Assembly: GCA_022560695.1 (NCBI GenBank)
Contig: JADFSP010000005.1
Coordinates: forward strand, 296-64,295
Direction: 5' to 3'
Source of the DNA: Pseudomonadota bacterium
GTDB taxonomy: Bacteria > Pseudomonadota > Gammaproteobacteria > Steroidobacterales > Woeseiaceae
DNA: 64,000 bases
The notes beneath the pieces are model-generated. The model worked only from the letters and a program-made list of their open reading frames with translations. It did no database searches and had not been told where the DNA came from. The first letter of the stretch is position 1; every line of letters begins with the position of its first letter. Positions 36,428 through 46,309 of this stretch are shown one piece after another. The position numbers and the translations under genes were made by a program.

Positions 36428-36563
36428 TGTGCGATCGAGTGTATCGTCAGGCAGGCTTGCCGCAAGGATGCGTTCGGCACTTCGTAGCGATCGCTGCAGC
36501 CGCCAGGCTGTACGATCTGCGAGGTGCGCGGACCATGAGCGCAGGGCGGGATGAGGGATTTTC

Positions 36564-37364
36564 ATGATCGATCAATGCAGACTGTGTGGGGGCGGCAATC
36601 TGCGCCAATGGATGCTGGACGGCCGCAATCGTGACCTCGTCTACTACAAATGCGCCGACTGTTCGCTGTGGAACTACGATCTCGACTGCGGCGTCGATCA
36701 AACCCAGTACACGGAAACCTACGTCAGCCCGGAGGACACGGGCCACAAGTTCAATGTCGGCATTCGGCAGAGCTGGGAGTTTCTGCGCAAGTATGCACCG
36801 GTACCAGGTTCGATCATGGATATCGGTTGCGGCAGCGCCTGCCTGCTTTATCTTGCGCGAAAAGAGGGATGGCGCGTGCGCGGCATGGAACTGACGCAAC
36901 AGGCGGCGGACGATATCCGCGAGGACCAGGGCATTGACGTCATCGTCGCGAACTTCCTCGAATACGACAATCCCGACGCGGAGTTATACGACGTTGTCGT
37001 GTTACGCCACGTACTCGAGCATCTCCCCGATTCGATCCTGGCCATGCAAAACATTGGCCGCCTGTTGAAGGACGACGGCCTGGCGCTGCTGGAGTTTCCG
37101 AATACACGTTCGTACAGCTATGCAGTCAAACGAATTCTGAAGAATCGCGGCCTCAGAAACAAAAAATTCTCGGCGGACTGGCGGCCCGGCCACTGCAACG
37201 AGTTTTGCCGCGAGTCGTTTGAATATCTGCTCGCCAGGACCGGCTTCGAGCTGGTGATCTGGCGAACTTACTCGAGCAAGCCGTTCGCGAACGTGTTCTA
37301 CCGGTACGTCCCGATAGCCAGCAAGGCGCGCGCTCTGGTACGCAAGAAAGCGACAGCAGCTTAA
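36564..37364 (+). CDS. class I SAM-dependent methyltransferase with N-terminal CxxC...CxxC zinc ribbon
   Basis: CRLCGG...CADCSLWNY, then IMDIGCGSACLL (motif I) and VVVLRHVLEHLPD. Confidence 0.75.
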   Translation: MIDQCRLCGGGNLRQWMLDGRNRDLVYYKCADCSLWNYDLDCGVDQTQYTETYVSPEDTGHKFNVGIRQSWEFLRKYAPVPGSIMDIGCGSACLLYLARKEGWRVRGMELTQQAADDIREDQGIDVIVANFLEYDNPDAELYDVVVLRHVLEHLPDSILAMQNIGRLLKDDGLALLEFPNTRSYSYAVKRILKNRGLRNKKFSADWRPGHCNEFCRESFEYLLARTGFELVIWRTYSSKPFANVFYRYVPIASKARALVRKKATAA

Positions 37365-37368
37365 GAGA

Positions 37369-38220
37369 GTGCGATCTGCGAACACCATAATTCTGACCGC
37401 GGCGGCAATGCTGGCGTTCGCTGCCAACTCGGTATTGTGTCGGCTGGCGCTGGGACAGGGGCTCATCGACGCGGCGAGCTTCACGGCAGTACGGGTGGTT
37501 TCCGGAGCGGCCGTCCTTGGCCTGATCCTGCTATTGAGGAAGGATCGTGCGCAGGCTGCGCCCGACTGGCGGTCGGTCATCACGTTGTTCATCTACATGG
37601 CGTTTTTCTCGTTTGCGTACCTGTCGCTTGCTGTGGGTACCGGCGCATTAGTGCTGTTCGGCTGTGTGCAATTGACGATGTTCATCGTCGCGCTGAAGTC
37701 GGGCGAGAACTTCTCAGCCATCTCATGGGCCGGGCTGGCGCTGGCCATGGCCGGGCTGATCTATCTTGTCTCGCCGGGGTTGACGGCGCCCAATCCACTC
37801 GGTGCCGGACTCATGGCGATTGCCGGGATCGCGTGGGGGCTCTATTCCCTGATCGGCAGGTCAGCGACAGACCCGGTGCGGGCGACTGCATACAACTTTA
37901 TTTATTCGGTACCGCTGGTCATCGTGACAAGCCTGATATTCATCGCCGACCTCCAGGTCTCGATGAGAGGCGCCAGCCTCGCGGCAGCGTCAGGCGCCAT
38001 CGCCTCGGGCATCGGCTACGTTATCTGGTATGCGGCGCTGCGTGGCCTGCGTGCAACCAGTGCCGCAACCGTGCAGCTTTCCGCGCCGGTCATCGCCGCC
38101 ATCGGCGGCGTCATCTTGCTGTCCGAAGAAGTGACGCCGCGGTTGCTGTTCGCATCCGCGGCTACGCTGGGAGGCATCGCGCTCGTGCTTGGCCAGCGGG
38201 CAGACAAGGGATCGAACTAG
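37369..38220 (+). CDS. DMT superfamily (EamA-type) transporter
   Basis: 283 aa, ten predicted TM segments, duplicated EamA-like halves. GTG start. Confidence 0.75.
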   Translation: MRSANTIILTAAAMLAFAANSVLCRLALGQGLIDAASFTAVRVVSGAAVLGLILLLRKDRAQAAPDWRSVITLFIYMAFFSFAYLSLAVGTGALVLFGCVQLTMFIVALKSGENFSAISWAGLALAMAGLIYLVSPGLTAPNPLGAGLMAIAGIAWGLYSLIGRSATDPVRATAYNFIYSVPLVIVTSLIFIADLQVSMRGASLAAASGAIASGIGYVIWYAALRGLRATSAATVQLSAPVIAAIGGVILLSEEVTPRLLFASAATLGGIALVLGQRADKGSN

Positions 38221-38334
38221 AAAGTGGGGTCGAACCGCAGTTTTTCTTGGAATTCGGCGAAATCACCTTTCCGCGTACGAACGCAAAAGTGCGGTTCGAC
38301 CCCACTTTCCAAAAGTGCGGTTCGACCCCACTTT
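38221..38334. repeat. REP family A: one left arm plus two tandem right arms
   Basis: aaagtggggtcgaaccgcagttttt (38221-38245) faces aaaagtgcggttcgaccccacttt at 38285-38308 and again at 38311-38334. Confidence 0.9.
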
Positions 38335-38338
38335 CCGT

Positions 38339-39238
38339 TTATATGTTTATCTGATAAAGCAGGTAATGGTCTATCAGCAATGCAGTGAACAACAGCGTGA
38401 GGTACGTGATCGAAAACCTGAACGTGCGCATCGGTAATTCGAGGTCCTGCTCGTCCCGTCTCATCCGTATCGCGTAATACAGGAATACGGCGCCGAGAGG
38501 CAGCGCGGCAAAGAGGTAAATCAAGCCGCTCATGCCGGTGAGATACGGCATGATCGTAATGACGACGAGCAGGATCGTGTACAGCAGTATGTTGAGCCGT
38601 GTGTAGGCCTCGCCGTGCGTGACCGGCAACATCGGGATACCGACTTTTGCATACTCTTCTTTTCTTGCGATCGCGAGCGCCCAGAAGTGGGGCGGTGTCC
38701 ACAGGAAAATGATCAGGAACAGCAGTAATGCGTTGCTGTGTATCTCACCCGTAACGGCAGTCCAGCCCAGGATGGGCGGAGCAGCACCTGCGGCGCCCCC
38801 TATGACAATGTTTTGCGGCGTTGCACGTTTCAGGAACACGGTGTAGATGACCGCGTACCCGATCAGTGATGTAAACGTCAATACCGCGGTCAGCGGGTTG
38901 ACCAGAAACCACAGGATGATCATCGAAATCACGCCGATCACCCAAGCGAAGCCCAGTGCAGAGCGTTCGCTGACACGACCCTGCGGCAGAGGCCGCCCGC
39001 GTGTACGCAACATGTGAATGTCGATGCGAGCATCGAACACGTGATTGAAAACCGCAGCTGATGAGGCGGCGAGGCCGATGCCCAGCGTGCCGAAAACGAG
39101 TGCCGGCAGACCGGGCCAGGCCGGCACGGCTAAAAACATGCCGACGATAGCGGTAAATACGATCAGCACGACGACACGAGGCTTCGTCAGCTCGTAGTAG
39201 TCGCGCCAGTCCGTAAAGGTTTCTACACTCGTATTCAA
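38339..39238 (-). CDS. ctaB: protoheme IX farnesyltransferase (heme O synthase)
   Basis: 299 aa; [10 protein letters not shown]... and a UbiA-fold pattern typical of CyoE/CtaB. Confidence 0.9.
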   Translation of the reverse strand: MNTSVETFTDWRDYYELTKPRVVVLIVFTAIVGMFLAVPAWPGLPALVFGTLGIGLAASSAAVFNHVFDARIDIHMLRTRGRPLPQGRVSERSALGFAWVIGVISMIILWFLVNPLTAVLTFTSLIGYAVIYTVFLKRATPQNIVIGGAAGAAPPILGWTAVTGEIHSNALLLFLIIFLWTPPHFWALAIARKEEYAKVGIPMLPVTHGEAYTRLNILLYTILLVVITIMPYLTGMSGLIYLFAALPLGAVFLYYAIRMRRDEQDLELPMRTFRFSITYLTLLFTALLIDHYLLYQINI

Positions 39239-39253
39239 TTCAGTCAGTTCCGG

Positions 39254-39829
39254 TCAGCCGATTCGCGACAATCTAAGCAGGTGCCCGATGTCATCGACCA
39301 TGTCGCGCGGATCGATATCGGGGCCGAAGTACATCACCAGGTTGCCAAACGGATCGATCAGGTAATAACCGCCTGCCGGGAGCCCTGCGGGCTTTTTGTT
39401 GGTGAGTACGCCATGCAGCTCAGCGTCCTCAATCATGACCAGGCCCTTGTGCTCGTCGGCGAGACACAGGGTATCGGGAGTGATGTCGCCATGCAAGAAG
39501 ACGCGTTTGATGCGATCCATGTCTTTGCCCAGCAAGAGCCGTGACTGTCGAATCGTAAATAAGGCATCATGGCAGGCGTCGCCGCACTGATCGCGCGACG
39601 CGTACAAAAGCAACCAGCCGCCTTCGCCGAGGTCGTGTACCTTCGAATCGGGCAATTCGTCATTGAGATTGAGGATAGGCTCCAGTAATGCACCGTGGTT
39701 GCTGCGGGCGCTCGGTTGGATCAGGCCACCCGCGAAGTAGAGCCAGACAGCGAAAATCAACGGGCCGAAGAACACGGCCGCCATCAGGGATAACTGCAGG
39801 CGTCCGGATGCCTGCCTCGTGTCAGTCAT
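39254..39829 (-). CDS. membrane-anchored thioredoxin-fold/SCO-like protein, putative cytochrome oxidase assembly factor
   Basis: N-terminal TM helix and a CGDAC (CxxxC) motif. The start ATGA overlaps the SURF1 stop. The assignment is tentative. Confidence 0.45.
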   Translation of the reverse strand: MTDTRQASGRLQLSLMAAVFFGPLIFAVWLYFAGGLIQPSARSNHGALLEPILNLNDELPDSKVHDLGEGGWLLLYASRDQCGDACHDALFTIRQSRLLLGKDMDRIKRVFLHGDITPDTLCLADEHKGLVMIEDAELHGVLTNKKPAGLPAGGYYLIDPFGNLVMYFGPDIDPRDMVDDIGHLLRLSRIG

Positions 39830-40548
39830 CGGCGCAGGCCCCTGCGGCGAAAATTCCAGACCAGCATCGCGGCCAGGACAGCGCCCATGGCGAACCACTG
39901 AAATGCATAGCCGAAATGCCTGCCAGGACCCATGACTTCGGGCACCCAGTGCCGCAGGAGACCATGATCATCGTCCGGATCCATGAGCAGCACGAACGGT
40001 TGCACCTCCTGGCCCAGCGAGGCGGCGATTTCATCCAGCGTGGGGAACGCCGCGTGTTGCGGCCAGGTCGCAGCAGGAAGAATGGCCTCACCCATGCGAT
40101 AACCTGCCCGCGGAAGTGAGCCGACCCGACCGCGTACGGTAACGCGCGACTCGGGCAAAGCGATCGACTGTGTATCGAAATCCCGGCCGGCTCGTTCGAT
40201 CCAGCCGCGATTCACGATCAACAGCGGTTCGCCGTCGCCAACGCTCAGAGGCGTCAGCACATAATGGCCGTAGCGACTGTTGAGCATGATGTTGTCGAGC
40301 AGGAACTGCCGCGCGGCATCAAACCGACCCGTCGCGCGAAGACGTTGATACGGGCGCACCTCCATGCCCGAGGTAAAACCGGCGGCGCTGTGTTGATCCC
40401 TGAAAGCGTCCCGGTCCGCTTGCTTCTCCAGGCCGCGACTGATTTGCCACACACCGAGGCCGGCAAACTGGATAACCAGTAATGCGCCGACGGCGAACGG
40501 CACCCAATCGGGCATCGATTTTCCCGGATTTTTGATCATGTCAAGCAA
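39826..40548 (-). CDS. SURF1 family cytochrome oxidase biogenesis protein
   Basis: 240 aa; VGALLVIQFAGLGVWQISRGLEK, VNRGWI and a C-terminal TM helix. Confidence 0.8.
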   Translation of the reverse strand: MLDMIKNPGKSMPDWVPFAVGALLVIQFAGLGVWQISRGLEKQADRDAFRDQHSAAGFTSGMEVRPYQRLRATGRFDAARQFLLDNIMLNSRYGHYVLTPLSVGDGEPLLIVNRGWIERAGRDFDTQSIALPESRVTVRGRVGSLPRAGYRMGEAILPAATWPQHAAFPTLDEIAASLGQEVQPFVLLMDPDDDHGLLRHWVPEVMGPGRHFGYAFQWFAMGAVLAAMLVWNFRRRGLRR

Positions 40549-40626
40549 AGCTTGCGGAAATTGAGGAGGCTTCGATCATGCGTATAGAGTTGTTCTTTCT
40601 CACCTAGCCATGCGGCCTGCTGTCGC

Positions 40627-40743
40627 TCAGAAGCGCGCCGCGCCCATCAAGATAAAGCTTGTGTAAGACACGAGGGCAATGGCGGCGAAAAACCGTGCCG
40701 TGCGGACGATCCGTTTGCGCCTGGCGGCGTTATTGGCGTTCAT
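40627..40743 (-). CDS. small (38 aa) single-TM protein, possible cytochrome oxidase small assembly protein
   Basis: MNANNAARRKRIVRTARFFAAIALVSYTSFILMGAARF. Called on position upstream of SURF1 only. Confidence 0.35.
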   Translation of the reverse strand: MNANNAARRKRIVRTARFFAAIALVSYTSFILMGAARF

Positions 40744-40925
40744 GCGAAGGCGTCCTTGCGGCCAAAAAAGCTTGCGCAGTGTACTGAAACCGGGGCTTGC
40801 AGGCAATCCTCGCGGGTCGCATGGCACAAACAGAACTTTCTTGTTTTACAAGGAGTTGTGGAACCCCCGGTTCATTATTTCGCGGCCGCACCCGGGCGCC
40901 CGAAACGATTGTGCCTCGTTTGGCA

Positions 40926-41828
40926 TCACGTCCCGCGGAGCGGGATGTCGCCGGCATCGATGTGAATATCTCCGGCCGGTGCTGCCGCACCACGACCCCA
41001 GCAATGGCCGTAGACCAGCTCCAGATCGAGAGCAATCAGGTTGCCGTCGCCCGGCGCGCACAATGCATCTGTCATGACGCCAAAATGCCGCCTGCCCACC
41101 AGGCCGGGATTGCGCAACGCAAGACAATTTCGTGCACCCATGGCGGTCAAATCGCGAAACAGCGAGTCCGCGCTTGCATAGCTGACCGCGAGCCGATCGA
41201 CGTCGAGAACAGGCTCCCTGAGGCCAGCGCGAACGAGCGCGTCGCCGACGTCGTGCATGTCGAAAAACCGGTTTACGTGCACGCTGGCGTCAGCTGCCGC
41301 CCACGCGCGGCGCAATTCGAGCAAACTGTCCGGGCCCAAAGTCGCAAACGCAAACAGCCCGTCTTCGCGCAAGACACGCGATACCTCATTGAACACGGCC
41401 GCAGGCGTATCGATCCAGGGCAACAGTAAACTGGACGCCACGACATCGACACTCTGGTCTGCAAACGGCAACGCACAGGCGTTCGCCTGCACGACGGATA
41501 CCCGCGAAAACCAGGACTTTGCCGTACGGCATTTGCAGAGCATGTTGCGGGAAATGTCGACGGCGATGACTCGCGCGCGTCGAAAATGCCGCGCAAGCAT
41601 GTGGCTACCGGTCCCCGTCGCTGAGCCAAGGTCGATGACGGTGCGGGCGTCGATGGTCATGGGCGCGAGTCTGGCCAACAGGCCGTTACGCGCGACCCGA
41701 TGTACGAAGTCGACGTCATCGAAGGTATCGGCGGCGAGGTCAAAGCGGCGCCGAACGTCGCGGACATTCAGCCTTGCGATATCGTCTTCGGAATACATGG
41801 CAGGAAATCGAGCGAGTGCGTATTTCAA
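40926..41828 (-). CDS. bioC: malonyl-ACP O-methyltransferase BioC-like
   Basis: SAM motif VIDLGSATGTGS, LPFADQSVDVV, REDGLFAFATLGPDSLLELRRAW and HVNRFFDMHDVGD, as in BioC. Confidence 0.7.
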   Translation of the reverse strand: MKYALARFPAMYSEDDIARLNVRDVRRRFDLAADTFDDVDFVHRVARNGLLARLAPMTIDARTVIDLGSATGTGSHMLARHFRRARVIAVDISRNMLCKCRTAKSWFSRVSVVQANACALPFADQSVDVVASSLLLPWIDTPAAVFNEVSRVLREDGLFAFATLGPDSLLELRRAWAAADASVHVNRFFDMHDVGDALVRAGLREPVLDVDRLAVSYASADSLFRDLTAMGARNCLALRNPGLVGRRHFGVMTDALCAPGDGNLIALDLELVYGHCWGRGAAAPAGDIHIDAGDIPLRGT

Positions 41829-41902
41829 ATTACCACGCTTTCTGGATAAAGGGCGTCATTTCGTGGCTTCCGTGACTGCCTTGAGATAGCGACAATGACA
41901 GC

Positions 41903-42649
41903 ATGCTCCGGGTTCAGGCAGTCAATGTTCGGCAACTTCTCGAACAAGCCGGGCGCGCGATCGAGTCCAGCCTCATGCCCAGGCGCTGCGTGTTTTGTGG
42001 CGTCGATTGCGAAGACGACGAGAGATTCGTCTGTACCGGTTGTGCTGATGATCTTCCGCGCATCGAAAATGCGTGCCCGCGATGTGCACAACCGGCGAGC
42101 GCGCCCCTTCGTTCCGGAGTTGAGTGTGCCGATTGCCAGATTCGGCCGCCGCCCTTTGTCGCGGCACGGGCCCCGTTTGCGTACGAGTTTCCGGTCGATG
42201 CAGCTATCAAGGCGTTCAAGTTTCGTCACAAGCTATTCTATGTGCCGGCCCTTGGCGCGCTTCTCGAAAACGCATTCGCAGAGCTGCCGCACGATATCGA
42301 CGCGCTGCTGCCGGTGCCGCTGCACTGGCGGCGGCACGCCGTTCGTGGATTCAATCAGGCGCGGGAGCTGTGCAAGCCGCTGCGAAAATCGACGGGCTTG
42401 CCGATACTCGAAGCTGTCGTGCGGTCACGCCCGACACCCTACCAATCCGGACTGAACGCGAAACAGCGTCGACGCAATCTGCGACGGGCCTTCGAAGTGC
42501 GCTCCGCCATCGATGCGGCCCACGTGCTGATCGTCGATGACGTCATCACGACCGGAGAAACCTGTCGCGAGCTGGCGAATGTATTGCTGCATGCCGGCGT
42601 CGATAAGGTCAGCGTCCTTGCCGTCGCGAGAGCGACCCGGATTCTGTAG
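41903..42649 (+). CDS. comF: ComF family protein (phosphoribosyltransferase fold)
   Basis: N-terminal Cys-rich zinc finger (CVFCG...CTGC...CPRC...CADC) and the PRT motif VLIVDDVITTGET. Confidence 0.85.
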   Translation: MLRVQAVNVRQLLEQAGRAIESSLMPRRCVFCGVDCEDDERFVCTGCADDLPRIENACPRCAQPASAPLRSGVECADCQIRPPPFVAARAPFAYEFPVDAAIKAFKFRHKLFYVPALGALLENAFAELPHDIDALLPVPLHWRRHAVRGFNQARELCKPLRKSTGLPILEAVVRSRPTPYQSGLNAKQRRRNLRRAFEVRSAIDAAHVLIVDDVITTGETCRELANVLLHAGVDKVSVLAVARATRIL

Positions 42650-42774
42650 GAGCGGCTTCGCCACTACAGGGTGCCGTACCGGGTCGGGCCTGAAGGCCTT
42701 CCTACCGTGCTGGTCGAGGATCGTAGGAGCGGCTTCAGCCGCGACCCGTTATTTGGGTCTGAAGAGCTTCCTAC
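42646..42774. repeat. two tandem GTAGGA...TCCTAC REP hairpins (family B)
   Basis: In unit 1 (42646-42705), gtaggagcggcttc pairs with gaaggccttcctac. In unit 2 (42723-42774), gtaggagcggcttcag pairs with ctgaagagcttcctac. Confidence 0.8.
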
Positions 42775-43676
42775 GCTGGCGGCGGTGTAAAACTGTAATC
42801 AAGCGCGATGCCGATGAACACGACCATGCCGATGTGATGGTTGTGCCGGAACGCGGCGAAGCAACCAGCCGGCTGCCGTTCGCGGGCCAGCCATTGGTGG
42901 TAACCCATCAGTGCGGCAACGATGGCGACCGATGCGTAGTACGTGAATCCGAGCTCGGCGCTGGTACCGATGAGGACAAGAGCCAGCACCATCAGCAACT
43001 GCAGGCCGGCGATCACGAACAGGTCGGTGTCGCCGAAAAGCAAAGCGGTGGACTTGACGCCGATCTTGCGATCGTCGTCGCGATCGACCATCGCATAAAA
43101 TGTGTCGTAGATGACGGCCCAGATCAGCGCCGTGCCAAATACCAGCCAGGCGAGCTGCGATGTCTTGCCGGTCTGTGCCGCGAAGACCATCGGCACGGCC
43201 CAGCCGAATGCCGCGCCGAGCACGAGCTGCGGAATCGAAATGTAACGCTTGATGAACGGATAGGCGAGCGTAAGCGCCGCCGCGACGATCGCGAGCAGTT
43301 GCGCCGGCCGATTCAGCATCGTGGCAAGGCCAACCGCCACCAGTGCGAGGATGACGAACAGCGTCAGCGCTTCCGCCGGCGAAACTGCGCCGGATGCAAT
43401 CGGGCGCGATCGCGTGCGTTCGACGTATGGATCAATATTGCGGTCTGCGAAATCGTTGAGCACGCAACCGGCAGAGCGCATGAAGAACACGCCGAGGACG
43501 AATACGACGAACAGACCCCCATCCGGGTGTCCTGCGCCGGCAAGCCACAATGCCCACAGAGTCGGCCACAACAGCAACCAGATTCCGATCGGTTTGTCGA
43601 TGCGCATCAGCTTGCCGTAATTGCGCAGCTGTGCGGCGATGACTGGCGGCAGGGAGCGGGAGAACATCTTCTTCAT
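42771..43676 (-). CDS. ubiA: 4-hydroxybenzoate polyprenyltransferase
   Basis: MRIDKPIGIWLLLWPTLWAL..., NDFADRNIDPYVERT. ATG at 43676 is preferred because the upstream TTG lies inside a repeat. Confidence 0.9.
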   Translation of the reverse strand: MKKMFSRSLPPVIAAQLRNYGKLMRIDKPIGIWLLLWPTLWALWLAGAGHPDGGLFVVFVLGVFFMRSAGCVLNDFADRNIDPYVERTRSRPIASGAVSPAEALTLFVILALVAVGLATMLNRPAQLLAIVAAALTLAYPFIKRYISIPQLVLGAAFGWAVPMVFAAQTGKTSQLAWLVFGTALIWAVIYDTFYAMVDRDDDRKIGVKSTALLFGDTDLFVIAGLQLLMVLALVLIGTSAELGFTYYASVAIVAALMGYHQWLARERQPAGCFAAFRHNHHIGMVVFIGIALDYSFTPPPA

Positions 43677-43680
43677 CACA

Positions 43681-43780
43681 ATAAAAGGGGTCGGATCCAA
43701 TTCTTCAAAGCGTGGCCTTGTTCGTCAGGGGCGGCGCCAAGGAAAATTGGATCAAGGAAAATTGGATCCGACCCCTTTAT
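43681..43780. repeat. REP variant palindrome ATAAAAGGGGTCGGATCCAATT, with internal 15-bp tandem duplication
   Basis: The left arm 43681-43702 is complementary to 43760-43780. aaggaaaattggatc is duplicated at 43739-43768. Confidence 0.8.
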
Positions 43781-43812
43781 TAAACTAACACACTGATCTG
43801 ATGTCGCGCCTT

Positions 43813-45900
43813 TCAGACCTTGCCGTAGCGGCCGGCGTCGCCGAGCCAGCGGCGGATGATGGCCGCTGCGTCGGCAGCCGGCGACTGACGAAGGGCTTCG
43901 GCCGCAAGCTGCACCTTGGGCATCAGCGATGCATCGCGCACGAGATTCGCGATGCGGTAGTCCGGCAGACCGGTCTGGCGCGTACCGAGCAACTCGCCGG
44001 GGCCGCGCAATTCCAGGTCACGCTGGGCGACAACGAAGCCATCGTTGGTGTCGCGCAGCACCGCGAGGCGGGTGCGCGAATTGCTGCCCAGCGGAGGCTT
44101 GTAGACGAGCACGCAATGGCTTTGCATTGGGCCCCGCCCAACCCGGCCGCGCAACTGGTGTAGTTGCGACAGACCCATGCGCTCGGCGTTCTCGATAATC
44201 ATCAGGCGCGCGTTAGGCACGTCGACGCCGACCTCAATGACGGTCGTTGCAACGAGCAACTGAATCACGCCGTCTTTGAACGCCTGCATGCCGCGCTCTT
44301 TCTCGGCGGCTCGCATGCGGCCATGGACAAGGCCAACACGCAATTCCGGCAGTGCTTCGGTCAGCATCGCGTAGCTTGCCTCGGCTGCCTGGAAATCGAG
44401 CACGTCCGACTCCTCGATCAACGGGCAGACCCAGAATGCCTGTTGCCCGGCCGCACACGCCGACCGCACACGCGCAATGATTTCGTCGCGCCGCGTAGCA
44501 GGTATCGCAACCGTCTTGACGGGCTGGCGGCCGGGTGGCAGTTCATCGATGATCGATGTATCCAGATCGGCATACGCGGCCATCGCAAGCGTGCGTGGAA
44601 TCGGAGTCGCGGTCATGACCAGCTGATGCGGATGCCCGAGCTCACTGGCGCCCTTGTCGCGCAACGCCATGCGCTGGTGAACACCGAAACGGTGTTGTTC
44701 GTCGATGACGACAAGGCCGAGATTGTGAAAATCGACACCTTCCTGGAATAGTGCGTGCGTGCCGACGACAAGCTGTGCACTGCCATCGGCGATCGACGCC
44801 AGGGTCTTGCGCCGCGCGGCTGCGCGCTGGCTGCCCGCGAGCCAGGCCGGTTCGATTTCAAGCGGCCGCAACCACTCGGAAAAACTGCGCCAGTGTTGCT
44901 CGGCCAGCAGCTCGGTTGGCGCCATGATCGCAGCCTGCACGCCGCAAACAATTGCCTTGAGACAGGCTATTGCCGCGACCACGGTCTTGCCGGAGCCGAC
45001 GTCGCCCTGGATCAGTCGCATCATGGGATGCGGTCGCGCGAGATCGACGAGTATTTCATCAACGACACGCTGCTGTGCGGAGGTAAGGTCGAATGGCAAG
45101 CCGTCAATGAACCGGGCAACCTCCACTTCGCCGTTGCGCAACGCCGGAGCGGCTTTGGTATCCGCCAGCGTCCGCAGGTTTCTGAGGCTCAGGTAGTGCG
45201 CCAGCAATTCCTCGAATGCTAGGCGTTGCTGGCAGGGATGGAGGCCCTGTTGCAGGAGCTCAACGTCGGCCTCGGGCGGTGGCCGATGCAGATAGTCGAT
45301 TGCGTCGGCAAGCGACGGCATGGAGAGCTCGTCGCGGATGTCGCGCGGCAACAGCTCTGGCGGTGGCGACTGATGCAACACGCGTAAAGCCTGGTCGGTC
45401 AGGTTTCGCAGCCGGCCTTGCTGCACGCCCTCGGTCGCCGGATAAATTGGCGTCAGTGACTCGTTGATCGCCGCGTCCTGACCTTCGCGCAACAATCGAT
45501 ATTCGGGATGAATCATCTCGAACCCGGCGGCGCCTTGACGAGCGTCGCCGAAGCATGTGACGCGAACCCCGGGCTGGAATTGTGCCTGCTGAGATCTGGA
45601 GAAGTGAAAAAATCGCAGCGTGAGCTGACCGCTGCCGTCGGCGATGCGGACCAACAGGTTGCGGCGCCCCCGATAGACGGTCTCGGCGAGCAGAACCTCG
45701 CCGCTTACGAGGCAGCGCGTACCTGCAACCAGCGCACCGAGCCTGACGAGTTGCGTTCGGTCCTCGTAGCGCAGCGGCAGCAGAAAGAACAGGTCCTCGA
45801 CCCGGAAAAGGCCGAGCCGCTCGAGCTTGATTGCGAGCGCGGGTCCGACGCCCTTGAGAACCGTCAGCGGCGACGCCGCGTCAATCTGTTCCTCCGACAC
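43813..45900 (-). CDS. recG: ATP-dependent DNA helicase RecG
   Basis: 695 aa; wedge domain, GDVGSGKT, DEQHRFG and the remaining helicase motifs. Confidence 0.95.
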   Translation of the reverse strand: MSEEQIDAASPLTVLKGVGPALAIKLERLGLFRVEDLFFLLPLRYEDRTQLVRLGALVAGTRCLVSGEVLLAETVYRGRRNLLVRIADGSGQLTLRFFHFSRSQQAQFQPGVRVTCFGDARQGAAGFEMIHPEYRLLREGQDAAINESLTPIYPATEGVQQGRLRNLTDQALRVLHQSPPPELLPRDIRDELSMPSLADAIDYLHRPPPEADVELLQQGLHPCQQRLAFEELLAHYLSLRNLRTLADTKAAPALRNGEVEVARFIDGLPFDLTSAQQRVVDEILVDLARPHPMMRLIQGDVGSGKTVVAAIACLKAIVCGVQAAIMAPTELLAEQHWRSFSEWLRPLEIEPAWLAGSQRAAARRKTLASIADGSAQLVVGTHALFQEGVDFHNLGLVVIDEQHRFGVHQRMALRDKGASELGHPHQLVMTATPIPRTLAMAAYADLDTSIIDELPPGRQPVKTVAIPATRRDEIIARVRSACAAGQQAFWVCPLIEESDVLDFQAAEASYAMLTEALPELRVGLVHGRMRAAEKERGMQAFKDGVIQLLVATTVIEVGVDVPNARLMIIENAERMGLSQLHQLRGRVGRGPMQSHCVLVYKPPLGSNSRTRLAVLRDTNDGFVVAQRDLELRGPGELLGTRQTGLPDYRIANLVRDASLMPKVQLAAEALRQSPAADAAAIIRRWLGDAGRYGKV

Positions 45901-45906
45901 TGCTGG

Positions 45907-46290
45907 CTAGCCCACAACAAGGATCGCGTCCGCTTCTATGTCGGCGCCTTTGGGCAACGATGCGACACCCAGTGCCGCACGTGCCGGATACGGCACGGCG
46001 AAGTAGTCCTCCATGACTCGATTTACCGCTGCGAAGTTATCGAGATCGGTCAGATAAACGGTCAGCTTGACGATCTGATCTAGGCTGCCGCCTGCCGCCG
46101 CCGCAACCGCGGTCAGGTTATCGAATACGCGTCTTGCGCGGGCCTCGAAATCTCCGCCGACGAGTTCCATCGTTGCAGGGTCCAGTGGAATCTGACCTGA
46201 CAGAAACACGAACTCGCCAGCCCTGATGGCTTGTGAATAGGTGCCGATGGCGGCCGGCGCATTGTCGCTGTGAATGGCTTCTTTGTTCAT
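45907..46290 (-). CDS. ridA: RidA family reactive-intermediate deaminase
   Basis: 127 aa; [18 protein letters not shown]...[18 protein letters not shown]. Confidence 0.9.
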   Translation of the reverse strand: MNKEAIHSDNAPAAIGTYSQAIRAGEFVFLSGQIPLDPATMELVGGDFEARARRVFDNLTAVAAAAGGSLDQIVKLTVYLTDLDNFAAVNRVMEDYFAVPYPARAALGVASLPKGADIEADAILVVG

Positions 46291-46309
46291 TGACGCTCCG
46301 TACGGCGTG

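Noticed and set aside
36428-36563. ECF-type promoter (CCGAAC ... N16 ... CTGCCTGACG) upstream of the sigma factor gene
   Set aside because: The match to generic GGAAC-N16-CGT/TCTGA ECF promoters is weak. The appropriate consensus depends on the ECF group, which I cannot determine here, so it is not annotated.
42537-43796. 419-aa plus-strand ORF
   Set aside because: It is antisense to ubiA and runs through the REP elements. The composition is Arg/Asp/Gln-rich low complexity with no motifs, so it is spurious.
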